Source: Antedon mediterranea (taxonomy: Eukaryota > Animalia > Echinodermata). Taken from it: a stretch of 64,000 nucleotides of DNA. A program made the translations under genes and the position numbers. Positions 51,201 to 64,000 of the stretch are shown here, piece by piece; within the stretch, counting starts at the first letter, position 1, and each line of letters opens with the position of its first letter. The stretch lies in contig NC_092676.1 of assembly GCF_964355755.1 (NCBI RefSeq), positions 7,541,888-7,605,887 of the forward strand, read 5' to 3'. The notes under the pieces are model-generated. The model was not told the DNA's origin. It searched no databases and saw nothing but the letters and a program-made list of their open reading frames with translations.

Positions 51201-54200
51201 GTTTCTTGCTCTTTTCTTTAGTCACCGAGGTAGGGGTCCGGGACCGCGACAGGACGAGAACGGATGGGGACCCTCCAAAGAAATCGCATTTTATCTGTCA
51301 GGAATTTGTATGATTTGTTTTTTATTTTAAATGCGCCTTGAGCACTTTTGAGTGGTATGTGTGCTATAAAAAATTATCATTATCATTTTTATTATTATTA
51401 TTATTTATCATGGTTTGAAATTTAAATTAAAGACCAATGGTTAGGTAATACTGTAATATAAGCAACTTACCGGGAACATTTCCCGCTGAACTCGGATCAA
51501 TTCTCAGAAATCCTATGTCGTTTTTTCCAATCTTTTTGGCATTATCCGTTTCTGTATCTAAAACATTTTCTTTGGGTTGAATATGAAACGACCAGACACG
51601 ATTCTTAGTGAACGCGATGTTTGATGCTACAAAAAAGAATTGCACGACTTTTACGCTACTACATTTTTTTTTTCTTTTATTTAAAACATATTTACACAGG
51701 ATAAAAACATATCGGGTATAGATATTGCACATACGGTTCTGTTTTTTAGCAATAGATATGATTAAAAATAAAAACTTACAATAAAACTTTAAAGGCTCAT
51801 ATTTTTTTTGGGGAGGGGTAAAGTATTATAGCTTGTTTGTTTATTTGACCTTCCTCCACACTCCTTTTTACTATATCTACATATAGCATATTACTATGTT
51901 GCAATGTTTTATTGTAGTGTGGAAAAACAAATAAAGAAAGAATACATCTTAAATAGAGTTTCCTGTGTAAATGTGGACAAATCAACTACTGTATAATATT
52001 AGGAAAAGGTGAAAATGTTTATAAATAATCTAATGGAAAGGAAGGAATCTAATGAAATCTTACCAACTGATTCTGACGATCTTTTCCATGTTGAATTCGT
52101 TTCTCTAGTTGCAATTACTGTCAAGATTTTCTCAGACGCATGTACAATATCAATTTGTTCCACCATGTTCTATAAATTTTGTAACAAATAAATTATATTT
52201 CCACAATTAAATCATAACATACTCGATAAGAAAAATCAAACGATTTGTTACGTAAAACAGTTAGTAAGTACATTTTGTGGACACATTAAAATAAGAGATT
52301 TGATCCCATTTATAGCGAGTAAGTTATAACTTAACTTAATTCTTAATAAAACGTTGTTTAATTGTAACTAAAAACACATCTTACCTTCTTATGAGCTAGA
52401 ACAGTGGTTGTCACGTTAACGGTCTCCTTTTGAAATAATGACAACAATAAATAAAATTAATTAAAAAATAATTACAATAATTAAATATGTAAAATTGTAA
52501 CTAACGATATATTTGTATATACTTAAACAAGGCACACTGATGTTTCGATCAATATGTTTTGACTATTATAGATTTTATCGACAATTTGAGGTGTTGCGCC
52601 ACTGATGCAAAAGTAAACTTACTATAAAAATAAACTTAGTTCACATGGTATTCATGCGATAGTTATAAGCTAGGCCTATCAGTTTGTTTTTATTTCCCAC
52701 CTCTGTCATAATGCCTACTTCCCTATTTCCTATTAATGTCGTAGTTTCGGAAATAGTTAACAAAGTCATCTGCAAGTTGTCTATTTCATCTTCACTCAAT
52801 GGTCTATACTTTTTCCGTTCGGTTGCAATGGCTGATATTTCCAAGATATCAACATCATCTGTCTTGTTATAAAGCTGTTGAAACAAACAGGATATTTTTA
52901 TAATTAACTTTCTCTTTTTTCATACTTACTTAAGATTGCAGCACCAGAGTGGAGTGGACGTGGTAGTGAGCATTCTGCAAATGTATACTATAAAATACAC
53001 ATTTCTCTGTGACGTCTAAATTTCTACACTATAAAACTAGTTTGACAAAAAAAAAAGGTGTGAAATGCCCAAATATGGTAGTGATATCCCCCAATATGGT
53101 GCTGATATGACATTATCATGTCCATATATCACAATTTGTTGTCATATAAGGTTTAATAGGGTAGACAGAGCTTAAATGCTAAAACACCAGGCAGCTGCGT
53201 GTTGCAAAAGAGACGGGAGCAAATTATGTTGTTTTAATTGTAGGCCTTACTGCAAATTCTTAATAAGGAGTTTTCCTATTAAAGGCACAGACTAAAACTA
53301 AAAGATGTGACTCAGGTCTCTGTACCTAGACCACCATTGTTTTTTGTATAGTATATAAGATTTATATTTATTTTCAGTAAACAAATGCCATTATTCATAC
53401 CATGACTCGTAGGTCACTGAAGGCAATTCGGATAGTGACCGTAAACGTATGTGTCTGGATGTTTCCACTTTCATCAGTAGCTGTGTAAATCACTTCGGTG
53501 ACCCCAACAGAAAATACATCTCCTGGGTCGTGAGTGGATTCTAGCAGGGGTAATGCTCCTGAGTTGTCATCCGGGTATGGTGGAGCCCATTCAACTGTTA
53601 CATTTGAATAGATTGAATCTATAAACATCTGAATGTCTTCAGTGAAATTCGTAAAGTACGGCACATCTACGTCTATTTAAAATGAAGAATTTGAAGCTAA
53701 GTACAGTTAAAAAGAATAGCGGGGTAGGTAAATAGCAAACGCAGGAAATAAATAAAATAACACAACAGGAGATTGTTAGATATTTATTATTAAACAGAAC
53801 ATTACCAATGGGTTGTTTATATAGAACATAATTAGGAAGAACGGAAAATAGACAAAAGATGCATCATGTTGTGGAAATAGATAATACAAGAGGTTAAAAT
53901 GGTTGGATGACAGGTAAATAGCCATTAATCATAAATATGTTGAAATGTATAATAGAAAAACAAGAAATTACCATTAACAGTAATTGTGAATTGACAAAGC
54001 TCAACATTCCCAGCCCCATCGACTGCGGTGTATGTTACTAAAGTATCGTATAAAGGGAAAATATCACCAGGATTGGCATCCGAGGTTACATGTGGTGGAA
54101 CCTCAGAATTATCGTGCCATGTTGTTATAAACCAAGTTACATTTGCATAAGCAGTTCCTGGAATATTGTCTACATCAAAGTCTAAGGTGCAGTTTGTAAA

Positions 54201-57200
54201 ATAAGGCTTTTCAACATCTGAATCAAAACGAAATATATATTATTATGTGTACACAACAACTTTTCAAGAAAAAAAATGGGTGTACGCTTTGAAAACAAAC
54301 TTTAAAAACGTTACAACGTTACCTATAACAGTTATATTAAATTGACAATCCTGAAAATTCATCGCTCTATCTGTTGCATTATAAATTACAGTCGTTCCTC
54401 CAAGACGAAACACGTCATTCGGATTGTAGTTCGATACGATTTCATGAACACCAACGTTATCGGTGACATTTGGTAACTGCCACGTCACGTTTACGTATGG
54501 CGATCTGTACCATGTTGGTATGACTATATCAGTAGGACAGTAAATGAAGACAGGAGATTCTCGATCTGAAATAGAAAAAGTCGAAATACACTGTAAAAAC
54601 TAAACAGGCAATTTTCAAAAATCTTCTACTTTATTATGCCATAGAATTGATGATGATTATTATTTAAAATAACCTTTAACCTTACCTAAGACAAGTATAC
54701 TAAAAGTAAACCACTCAATATTTCCTGATTGGTCAATAGCTGTATACGTCACGTCCGTTAATCCTACATAGAATAAATCACCTGGAGAGTAGGTTGATGT
54801 GACGTTCAGAGGTTCACCAGAATTATCCCAAACATCAACAACTACCCAATTGACATGCGCAAAGTTCACGCTGACTTCCGTGAAAACGGTAATATTTGCA
54901 GTTAAGTTGAAGAAAACTGGAACTTCAGTATCTGATTACAAAAAAAGTGAAATGTAAGGTCTCGTTTACACTAGAAAATCTTTGCAAAACTCCGAGTTTG
55001 AAACGGGAGAAGCCTAGTCTACACATGAAAACTACCGTTTGTACATTCTGAGTTTGCTACAGTAATTTTTGAAGAAGTTCTTTAAAACTAGTCATGTCAC
55101 TCTGGAGGTTCACATGACTACAAAGACTGATTTGATGGGCTGGTTTTCGACAAATAGAAACTAGTTATCTGCAATTTGCCAACTGGTTTACACTAACAAA
55201 CATTTGCAATGATTTAGTGCCAGACTCGGAGGTTGCTGAAATATTGCTGTTTGACAAAGTGTGTCAACAGATCTACACTACCAAGGCCATGATATCCAGT
55301 AAGCAAGGGATGTTTTTAAAAATGTTTACTAGTCCTAAAATAACAAAAAAAATGTTCACCTAGTACAGTTATATTGAAGGAAAACTGATTGACGTTCTTA
55401 AATATATCATACGCCCAATAAGTCACAGTTGTGTCTCCTATCGGAAATGTCGTATTTGGTTGATGAGTTGAATTCACAAACACCTCTTCCATAGAATTAT
55501 CGAATACAGTCGGAATAATCCATTCCATTAGAGCATGAGGCTGGCGTGAGTCTGTTTCTACTATTGTACTATTAGGTTGACTGGTGAATAAAGGAATTTC
55601 TTCATCTGCAAATAGCATTAATTACACTTAATTATACTGTATACAGGCTCATTTACACTAGGACGATAACGATCGACGATAAATAGACAAATATGCATTT
55701 TTCATACATAAAACAAAAGAAATATAAAAACTTTTTTATTCTAGAACAATAGAATAACCATTTATGCTTCCTTTGATGAAAATGATATTTTCACACGTCC
55801 AATAAAATGAAGTCTTGATTAGTAAGAGCAATAATATCGTGACAATAGAACGATTTTATTGTTTTTATTTATAATGACGTCATTTGATTAGAATTTTAAA
55901 AATATTATTTTTATCAAAGACAGCATAAATGATTATCCTATAGTTCAAAAACGAAAATCTTGCTAATTTTTTTTGTTTTATGTAATAAGCAATAAAAATA
56001 ATTCTGCAAAAAAACATTAAAATAATTCCAAATTACCTAAAATTGCAATATAGAACGTATGTATAGCATAATTTCCAGCATCGTCGGTGGCAACACAGTT
56101 AACAGTATAGTTGCCAAACCTGAAGATATGTCCTGGGACGTACGTGCAGTTAATGATAGGGATCTCTTCTGAGTTGTCTCGTGCAATATCTGTTACAGAC
56201 CACCAGACAGGTGATGTTGGCAAGCCCGGGTTTGTGTTTAACACAAGGTTATGAGATCCATTGAAGAAAATTGGATCTTCTGAATCTAAAAAAATATATA
56301 ACGGAGAATATATATTATTATTCTTTAGAATAAGAGTTGGTTAGGTCAGGTTCATATTCTTGATTCAGGTAAGGTTGTGATTCTTGGTTAGGATCAGGTT
56401 GAGATTGGGATGTTGTTCTGCTCATTTTCAGATTCCTAGTTCAGGTCAAGTTGTGATTCCTGATCAGGGTCAGGTTGAGATTGCGATTTCTCGTTCTTGT
56501 CTGGTTCAGGTTCCATTTCCTGATTCAGGTGAGGTTCTGATTTCTGGTTAGGGTGCGGTTTAGGTTGCGACTTCTGGTTCTGGTCAGGTTCAGGTTCCAA
56601 TTTCTGGTTCTGATCAGTTCCAATTTCTGGTTCAGGTCAGGTTCTGATTCCTGGTTAGAGTCAGGTTCAAGGTTGCGATTCCTGGTTAGGGTCAGGCTCA
56701 GGTTAGGGTTAGGATTTCTGGTTCTCCAATTCCAAATCGCCGTAACACAGAACAATCAATGTTAACAATCTGACTACAGGATAAATAATATAATGTGAGA
56801 CGGTGTCTTATTAGATATAATTTTCAAAATCTTACCAAAAATTGTTATTGAAAAATTACATTGTGCCTCGTTGCCACTTAAATCAGTGGCAATGTAAGTC
56901 ACTTCATGAATTCCAAGTCGAAAGACGTCGTTTGAATAAAAACTTTGGTTTACTACTAATGGACTCGCACCGGAGTTGTCTGATGCTGTAGGGTCGCTCC
57001 AGACAACGTTAGTTGTAGGTAGAAAAGCGTCTGCCGGCAAGGAAATGTCGTCAGGACAGCCAGAAAACACTGGAGATTCAGTATCTTTGATATTAAAAAT
57101 TTTAAAAAGAATTAAATATGGCCTTACAATATTATATTTTTATAATGCATGATAATATTGGGATTTAATCAATTGATCGGAAAATAAATTTTTACTGTAT

Positions 57201-60200
57201 ACAATAATAATTAGCTTTTTAAAAAGTGTTCTAAAATCAAGTTATGTACTATGTTGCGATAAATCTGACCCCTGACCTATGACTGTCACGGTAAATCCAC
57301 ATGTTGCACTGTTTCCAGCATGGTGATATGTTCCCAAGTTACATGCCGTGCTGGAAATCACTGCACTGCAAAAGATGCTGTATTACGGATTTGGGACAAA
57401 TATTTTCAAATGTGGAAATACAGCACAGCACAAAGGATGATGAAAAATCACCAATATCTCAAGCGAAGGAAAAATACATTTGATGTTTCACTTCACTTTA
57501 TTCCAAGTCATATTTTTTTCACTTAAATTTTTTTTAAGAATGCTAATAATATGGAAAGGAATTGGGCAACCGAGACTCGAACTCGAACCGTCTGCTTGAT
57601 ATGCAGTTGCCCTAACCATTTGACCACTGGGGCTTTCATGGTATTGTTCAAACTCGATTGGATAGCGACTCTTTAACATTCTCGGCGTGGTACGGCGGAA
57701 CAGCACTAGTCCTTAGTTGTACTCACGCGCAACAGAGTATATATATATATATATATATATAATAGTTTGTGTAAATAATAATACGTAATGATGATTAATT
57801 TTTTTTCTCTGAAAATAAGACAGATTTGATTAGATTATTCCACACCTTAGACCCAGAAAATTAAGAGAAGCCTTGACGGTCAACATTTGTATGCTTCAGA
57901 TCTATAACAAGATTGTTTTTATTTCGCGTGTTATAATCATGATAAGAATCGAAGGTGTGGAAAAATCCATCAAATAACTGATTGATGACTGACTGATTGT
58001 AGAAGAACATTAAGTTTGCTACATTTTTTCATATAGATCGAATAATATGTTTAAAGTATTAGTTTTATTGAATAATGGAAAAGATGGATGTAGGTAGTGG
58101 ACTTTACATTTCGCTCTGTGTCAAGTGTAAAAGTTACCACCTTGCTTGCCAACGTGATGTTCGAGCGTACATACGTCATAATGTTTGAGACGTAACACAA
58201 GTGATTTGACTAATCGCCAAGGATTATTCCTGTCGCTTTTCATTGGTCCACTCGCTTGCCTTGCGTCTACTGTAAGGTATTTGTCATTATTGATTGAAGA
58301 AAAAGTTGGTGTATTTTCCTTTAAACATACCTTCTACATATACTGTGAATTTGCAATAGCCAGTAGCTCCGCTATGCGTTGCTGAGATCTCTACTAGTGT
58401 TGTTCCAAGAATGAATTGATCTCCAGGTTGGTGTGAACTGGTAATCGGAACGTTTTGGTCTTCAAGAGTTACGACTGGAGGGGTCCATGTTGCAGTGGCG
58501 TAGTCAACACCACTTTCGGTTTCCATAACTATGTTGCTGGGACAAGATTGTTCCAATGCGGCAGCAAAATCAGGTGAAGGCCCACTACTGACAACTTTAA
58601 AAACATTTAAACAACAGATATTTCAGGATCAACCGGTTCGTATTTGGAGAATAATAATTACTGACACAATAAATATTGATTATATCATAAACGATATTAC
58701 ATGGCATACATTGTTACATTGTGGTACAAAATAATTTTACATTAATTTTCAACAATTGAGATATTGGCCCCTTTATCGGGGGATTGAAGCGTAATCAAAG
58801 TATATTATTTACACAAATAGTTAGTTACCATGTTTGCATATACCGCAATATCCAGCATTACACGAAACTTCTTCCCAGTGATAGCTTCTGCTTCTGTCAA
58901 ACGCGTGACAATATTCCGACGACCGTGAATCTAAATCAGGTGCATCAACATCAATAAAGTCAACAGGAGTACCATCATTCCAATCTAGCTGCTCGTCAGT
59001 AAGTGTACCACTGGTAGATCCGACTGCTTCCAGGCCCATATAAACATTGTTGCGTCCAGAGTCTATACACATTTCCTTCAAAAATTCGTTCTCAGCATTT
59101 GAATGAATTGATACAGGTTCAGCATTCATAGACTGACAGTTGCTAACGTAATTGTTGTAGTTACTGGTGCTGCATTCCATTTTATAGCAGTTGTCTTCAA
59201 AAGTTGATCCGGTACATTCAGGTGATTCTATAATCAAAAACAAAATAATTACCTTCGCCAGAGGTTATGTTGTCAATGTATGTTTGTTTCGTTCTTTCTA
59301 TATTAAGTCAGTTACCAGGATTACTCAAAAAGTTGAGTATTCATCTACTTGATACATGTTATTAATCATTAAGTTCACATTTGAATAAACATTTTAAATA
59401 TTATTATCGTAGAGAGTATAATTATGCCAAATTGTATTTGTAAAATTTGTAAAATAGGTTAACAATAACACTGACTAACACTAATACTTAACTCGAATGA
59501 TTACTTATCGGTAAAAGTCAGTCTGACCATTCTTATTTTGGAACACTTCACTAATTAACTAAACTAAACCAAACCAATGTGGTAACGACCAAGGGGGAAA
59601 CAATTATTGTGCAATGTTTTCCCGGTCACTTCACACGTTCTATTATTCATTATAAAGTATCACAAGAACAATGACCTCCAAATGCCAAATTAAAAATAAA
59701 AAGATATACGAACCTAAAATCACTGAAAACTCGCAGATCGCTCTGTTGCACGAGAAATCGGTATAAATGTGAGAAACCCGGGTGACGCCAGCAAAGAATT
59801 CATCAGATTCGTACAAAACTACTTTAACGGGAGTGTCGTCAATATAATCGATGACTGTTGAATCTGGAATTGATAGTGATGATTTACTCGTTTCGACGTA
59901 GCCTAAGGTTATATAAACGTCATCGGGACAAAATGTAATATTCGGTATCTCTTCGTCTGTGGAGAATGAAATATCACAATGTAAAATTGATTTATTATCA
60001 CAAAATATTACATAGTATAGGCCCACGGTACATAATTGTATTATTGTGATGGAACTAGTTACACACTGTTATGCGTAATTAAGTAATAGAATGAAAAGTG
60101 TTTCTCAACTGATTTGTGTCTCATGGTTCACTGCGAGTACAGTACGGAGTACAGTACGGAGTACAGTACGGAGTACAGTACGGAGTACAGTACGGAGTAC

Positions 60201-60965
60201 AGTACGGAGTACAGTACGGAGTACAGTACGGAGTACAGTACGGAGTACGGTGTAACAAGCCTGATATGTTGTAAATAAAGTACGAATGAATTAAGCTAAT
60301 TGTTGTTGTTTTGTACATGAGTATTGATCGACATCACACAGTATAAGTTTGAGAAATACTTTGATATGGCCATTAATTACAATGAGAAATGAATCGAATG
60401 TAAATGATTGCCTTTTTAATTAACACAAACTGTAAATATACCAAATAAAAATTCACGGTGTACAGACATCATTTTAAGGCGGAGGAATGTAGGTATTGTA
60501 ATAATAAGAGTATAGTAATTGTAATTATCTGTAATTTTTACACCAAAGTCACAGTATGCTTGGCGGAACCAATGTGACAATTAATTACAATGACAAATGG
60601 ATCGAACGTAGGCTTAAGTGATTGCCTTTTTAATTAACAAACTGTAAATATAACAAATATTCACTAAGTTCAGACATTTTACGGCGGAAGAATGATGGTT
60701 ACAATAAGCGTATAGTAATTGTAATCACCTGTAATTGTTACACCGAAGTTACAGTTTGCTTGATGGTTCCCGTCATGGCTCTTTGCCACAATCCGTACAG
60801 TATGTCCGCCAAATTCAAAATACTGGCCACTTTGATGCGTAGACGAGTGCACATACCCATCGGACACGGCTACTTCTCCGTCCCAATAAATACGTTTCCG
60901 ATTTGTTCCAAAATCAGCTGCTTGGGTTTTTTCTCCTGGACATTTAGTAAAGTCCACGGCCATAC
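45276..60965 (-). CDS. Adhesion GPCR, copy B (tandem paralogue): HYR x2 - C-type lectin - HYR x8 - GAIN/GPS - 7TM - acidic tail
   Basis: Exon-by-exon collinear with copy A (e.g. 48546-48770 vs 16559-16783; 55316-55618 vs 22595-22975; 60679-60972 vs 36000-36341). Ends in the same …DDYDSDDACFGK*. Confidence 0.85.
47367..47817 (-). mobile_element. L2-type LINE 3' end in a copy B intron
   Basis: AFSVTAPRLWNALP C-terminal motif, GCGCCTTGAGCAC…GCGCTATAAAAA 3' end and (ATT)n tail. CTGT flanks both sides. Absent from A. Confidence 0.8.
50923..51405 (+). mobile_element. L2-type LINE 3' end, same family, opposite orientation
   Basis: GDRTFSVTAPRLWNALP, with the same 3'UTR and (ATT)n tail. Absent from A. 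Confidence 0.8.
56337..56730 (+). repeat. Degenerate GGTTAGG/GGTTCAGG minisatellite
   Basis: ~24-30 bp units such as GATTTCTGGTTAGGGTCAGGTTCA. A shorter homologue lies in A at ~23450-23585. Confidence 0.8.
58829..59227 (-). CDS. Copy B C-type lectin domain exon
   Basis: ORF 58821-59243 with a conserved CTLD cysteine/W pattern. Confidence 0.88.
60135..60250 (+). repeat. Perfect 12-bp minisatellite (GAGTACAGTACG)x~9.5
   Basis: Directly visible. The homologous A intron (~35810) has no array. Confidence 0.95.
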
Positions 60966-61039
60966 CTTTCAATGAATGAATAATAATTATTATTAAATGC
61001 TACTATTAAATTTAAATCTATAAAACTCTTTGAATTTTT

Positions 61040-61135
61040 GCAAACGCGACTCTGCAGCTCACTATGTCGGTCGGCTGGTCGGTCGGTCAGTCAGTCTGTA
61101 AACACGAACTTAAATTTGAGCACGTGACTATATAA
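61040..61135 (+). mobile_element. Short DINE-1/HINE-like remnant
   Basis: CGCGACTCTGCAGCTCACTATGTCGGTCGG… is the reverse complement of the ends seen at 12250-12300 and 31170-31230. Confidence 0.6.
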
Positions 61136-63335
61136 ATTATGAGAACTTAATCTTTTTGCCACAATGTTTAATAAATAAAACATATTTAAATTTGTATCCG
61201 TTTTTGTCGACAGGACCACAATGCAAAACAAGTTTATTTCTACTTGATTGTGTATTATCCTGTATAAATATGTTGTTAAATAAAAATAAATAAGTAAAAA
61301 AATGTAAAAAAAACATGAAATAATAGTGGCTAGAAGGATTTTAAATTTCTTAGAACATCAACGCTACAAGTTTAATAACTTGTTACTAAACTGTCAGCTA
61401 TTGTTATAACATGATATATATAGTTAACATTTAGAGATAATGACATTTTAGGTGTTCATTCGTTCATTTCTTTCCACAAAAACAACCTACAATATCCTAA
61501 AAAAACAATTTGCACCAACGCTGATGTAAGTTGTATTGTGGAAGTACGGTAATTATGGTTTGAATCAGACTATTGCAACTGTCATGAATTCTGTTCTTAA
61601 AACTAAGTATGAATGTTATTGTGCATTTGTTACCACAATCTAAGCTTATATATTAAAATCGTTGTAAAACAGAAAACCGTGTTATTTTGTTTTATTATGA
61701 GGTTATCGATCAGAATGTAAAGATATGTTTACATTGGGCCCAGATTCCGGATTTAAATCGTAAATAAATAGGTGTAGTATTATATTATATTAATACGCTT
61801 TTACCAGTAGGCATGTAAACAAAAATTCCAAAATTTATATTCATACTAGCCAAACTTACCAAACCATGTTTCAGTTTAATTTTCAGCTATTTTACTGATG
61901 TTGTACGTTGACTCAACATACAAAAGATGTATTGTGATGGCGCTAGTTACACTCCGATATGCGTGATTACTTAATAGAATGACGTAATGCATAAACCGCA
62001 TTATTACGGAGCAAGATTACTACCGTACTACTCTAATCTTGGTCTATTGCGGGTACGGGAAACCAGTGCACGTTATGTTATTGTAACAACAGTGTAAAAA
62101 AACAAATAAATTTAGCTTATTGTCGTTGTTTTGTACTTGTCGCCAGAAGAATATTGACCGACATCCATGGTGGAGAACATGTAGTTCGGCTGTATCAATG
62201 TAAACCACATACATAAGCCATCGTCTTCTCCATGGTTTGAGCAAGTATAATTTTGCGCACATTATTTCCAGTTTACTGCATTCTATTTGAAATAGGTTAG
62301 AATTGTTTTGTCCAATAAAGCTTTAAATACCAATGTCCTTATACCTAATAAAACGCACTTTATATTCATTACTACTATATTTGGTTATGTTGGTTAATGT
62401 AACGGGTTAAGTGTTACAGCTTCAAACGTCATCAAGTTGGTTCTAGTTTACGACAATTCACCAGCAAAATAATTACTACAGTATTAATCATACACTGTAA
62501 AAATAGTGTTTAGATAGATCTTTTAAGATGTTTAAAAACATGTGGAGCAATGTAAAGACACGTTTAGGTTTTAACCGTGTTTAATTTGCAGTGTGTGGAG
62601 CTCATGTGTGGAGCTTTTTTCCGCCACAATAAATTCATATGCACGCAACGCTAAACACGTACCTAAACATGTTTCCTGAACATAATAGTGACATGTTGAC
62701 TGCTAGTGGGGTGGAGGAAACAACCTGTAGCTATAAACACATTTAGGTTTTAAACACGCTAAACATATATCTACGTGTTTAAAATCTAAATGTGTGGAAA
62801 AAGTGGCTTTGAATAAACGCCCGGGCCCCTCTTCCAACCCCTAGAACATCATTTGGAAAAAGCAAAAGCGCCCCCTCGAATAAACGCTTCGGGGCGTGTA
62901 TTTATTTCGTCCCACATACATATACACAATATTACAACACATTTATATTTGTAGTCGAATTCATGATCTATAATTTAAAGCATTTTGATACAAGTTTTAT
63001 TGTATGTTATCACTTCTTAACTGTTTTCTTTTCTATATTGTATTGTTGTTAAATTTTTTGGTAAATCCGGTTATCTATATATTGGTTAAGGCTGTCGGAA
63101 TTTCGGAATTGTTGGAGCGTGGCACGAATGAAAAATCTTTTTCAGTGTTCAGGGTACTGAAAAGCGCTCTATCACCAATACGACCATGGAACAGTAAAAT
63201 GATGTAAGTTTAATCTTTTCCGAGACAACTTACAAATTCTATAAATACATGATAAAACATACGATAGAAACTGTTAATATAATTATTGCAATTATCGTTT
63301 TTATAAAATAAATTATACAATGTTCATATCTACTA

Positions 63336-63465
63336 AAGCTCTGTCTACACTATCAAACTTTATGTGAAAATGTGATGTGCCTATTATATAGAAATGATGA
63401 TGTCCTATCACGTATCATATTTGAGCACATCACACTTTTGTTGTCAAACTAGTTTGACAGTAATA
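63336..63465. mobile_element. Short MITE family (AGCTCTGTCTACACTATCAAAC…), further copies at ~15868-16000, ~47818-47900 and ~53025-53175
   Basis: Shared palindromic ends CTGTCTACA…TGTAGACAG and similar internal sequence. Confidence 0.55.
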
Positions 63466-64000
63466 GTAAAACAAAGTGTATACGTATAAATTATAACTAG
63501 AGTCGGCGTTAATGATAAAGTTGAGGTAAGTAAGTAAAGTAATAGAGAGTTTGGGCAAACCCACCTATACGCATCCGGAGGTTTCCCGAACTGTAGGCCT
63601 ATATTATTTTCGATGTTTTTAAATCGAGCACGAATCGGTTATCCGATGTCAAGCAAGGTCATAACCATAAATATAATTAAATACGGTACTTACCACAAAA
63701 CATAGATAAACTCACATTATTTTCACCCGTTGAGTAAATGTATATTTTTTCTTTACAACAAACAAATTTGACGGGTTGTTTGTTGTTAACTCCATTGTGT
63801 TGGTTCGGAGGAGGTAAACCCCATAACTAAAATTACTTTCTACTTGCAGGCCTACTAGGCCTATTAAAGTAGGCCTACTATTTAGCCAAAAAATACATAT
63901 TTCTTACCACCGATTTATATGATGAATAGCCTAAGGCCAAATAAATTACATTTGTAGGGACGTGGAGACCTCAATTGTTTTTCTATAAGTGCATTATTCC

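Noticed and set aside
56525-56765. Repetitive ORFs / interstitial telomere
   Set aside because: Degenerate intronic minisatellite with only isolated TTAGGG units.
60121-60318. (TPYC)n cysteine-rich protein
   Set aside because: Translation of a 12-bp intronic minisatellite absent from the paralogue.

Overview
AT-rich, intron-rich animal genomic DNA. An invertebrate deuterostome such as an echinoderm is my inference from the HYR-rich adhesion GPCRs and the repeat content. The backbone is a tandem duplication of a minus-strand adhesion-GPCR gene: copy A at ~13.6-36.3 kb and copy B at ~45.3-61.0 kb. The architecture is HYR-HYR-C-type lectin-(HYR)n-GAIN/GPS-7TM-acidic tail. A has 14 HYR-like exons; B has lost 4 of them. 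The lectin exon has diverged far more between copies than the HYR or 7TM exons. The left end is a nest of mobile elements. A decayed RAG1/Transib/Chapaev-related transposon, not in the ORF track, has a CAC terminus resembling a 23-RSS. It is inserted into a Gypsy LTR element, which also carries a Sola-like MITE. Other contents: a ~3.7 kb higher-order satellite, a 7 kb L1/Tx1 element whose TSD duplicates a splice donor, two Academ-like elements, DINE-1/HINE-like elements, a Penelope-type inverted repeat with two hammerhead ribozymes, a (TA)n-associated repeat carrying a tRNA(ATC)-like cloverleaf, and recurrent TA-to-TAGGCCTA/TACAGTA micro-insertions. All calls come from reading and translating by eye. 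No database searches were run, and exon boundaries are approximate.
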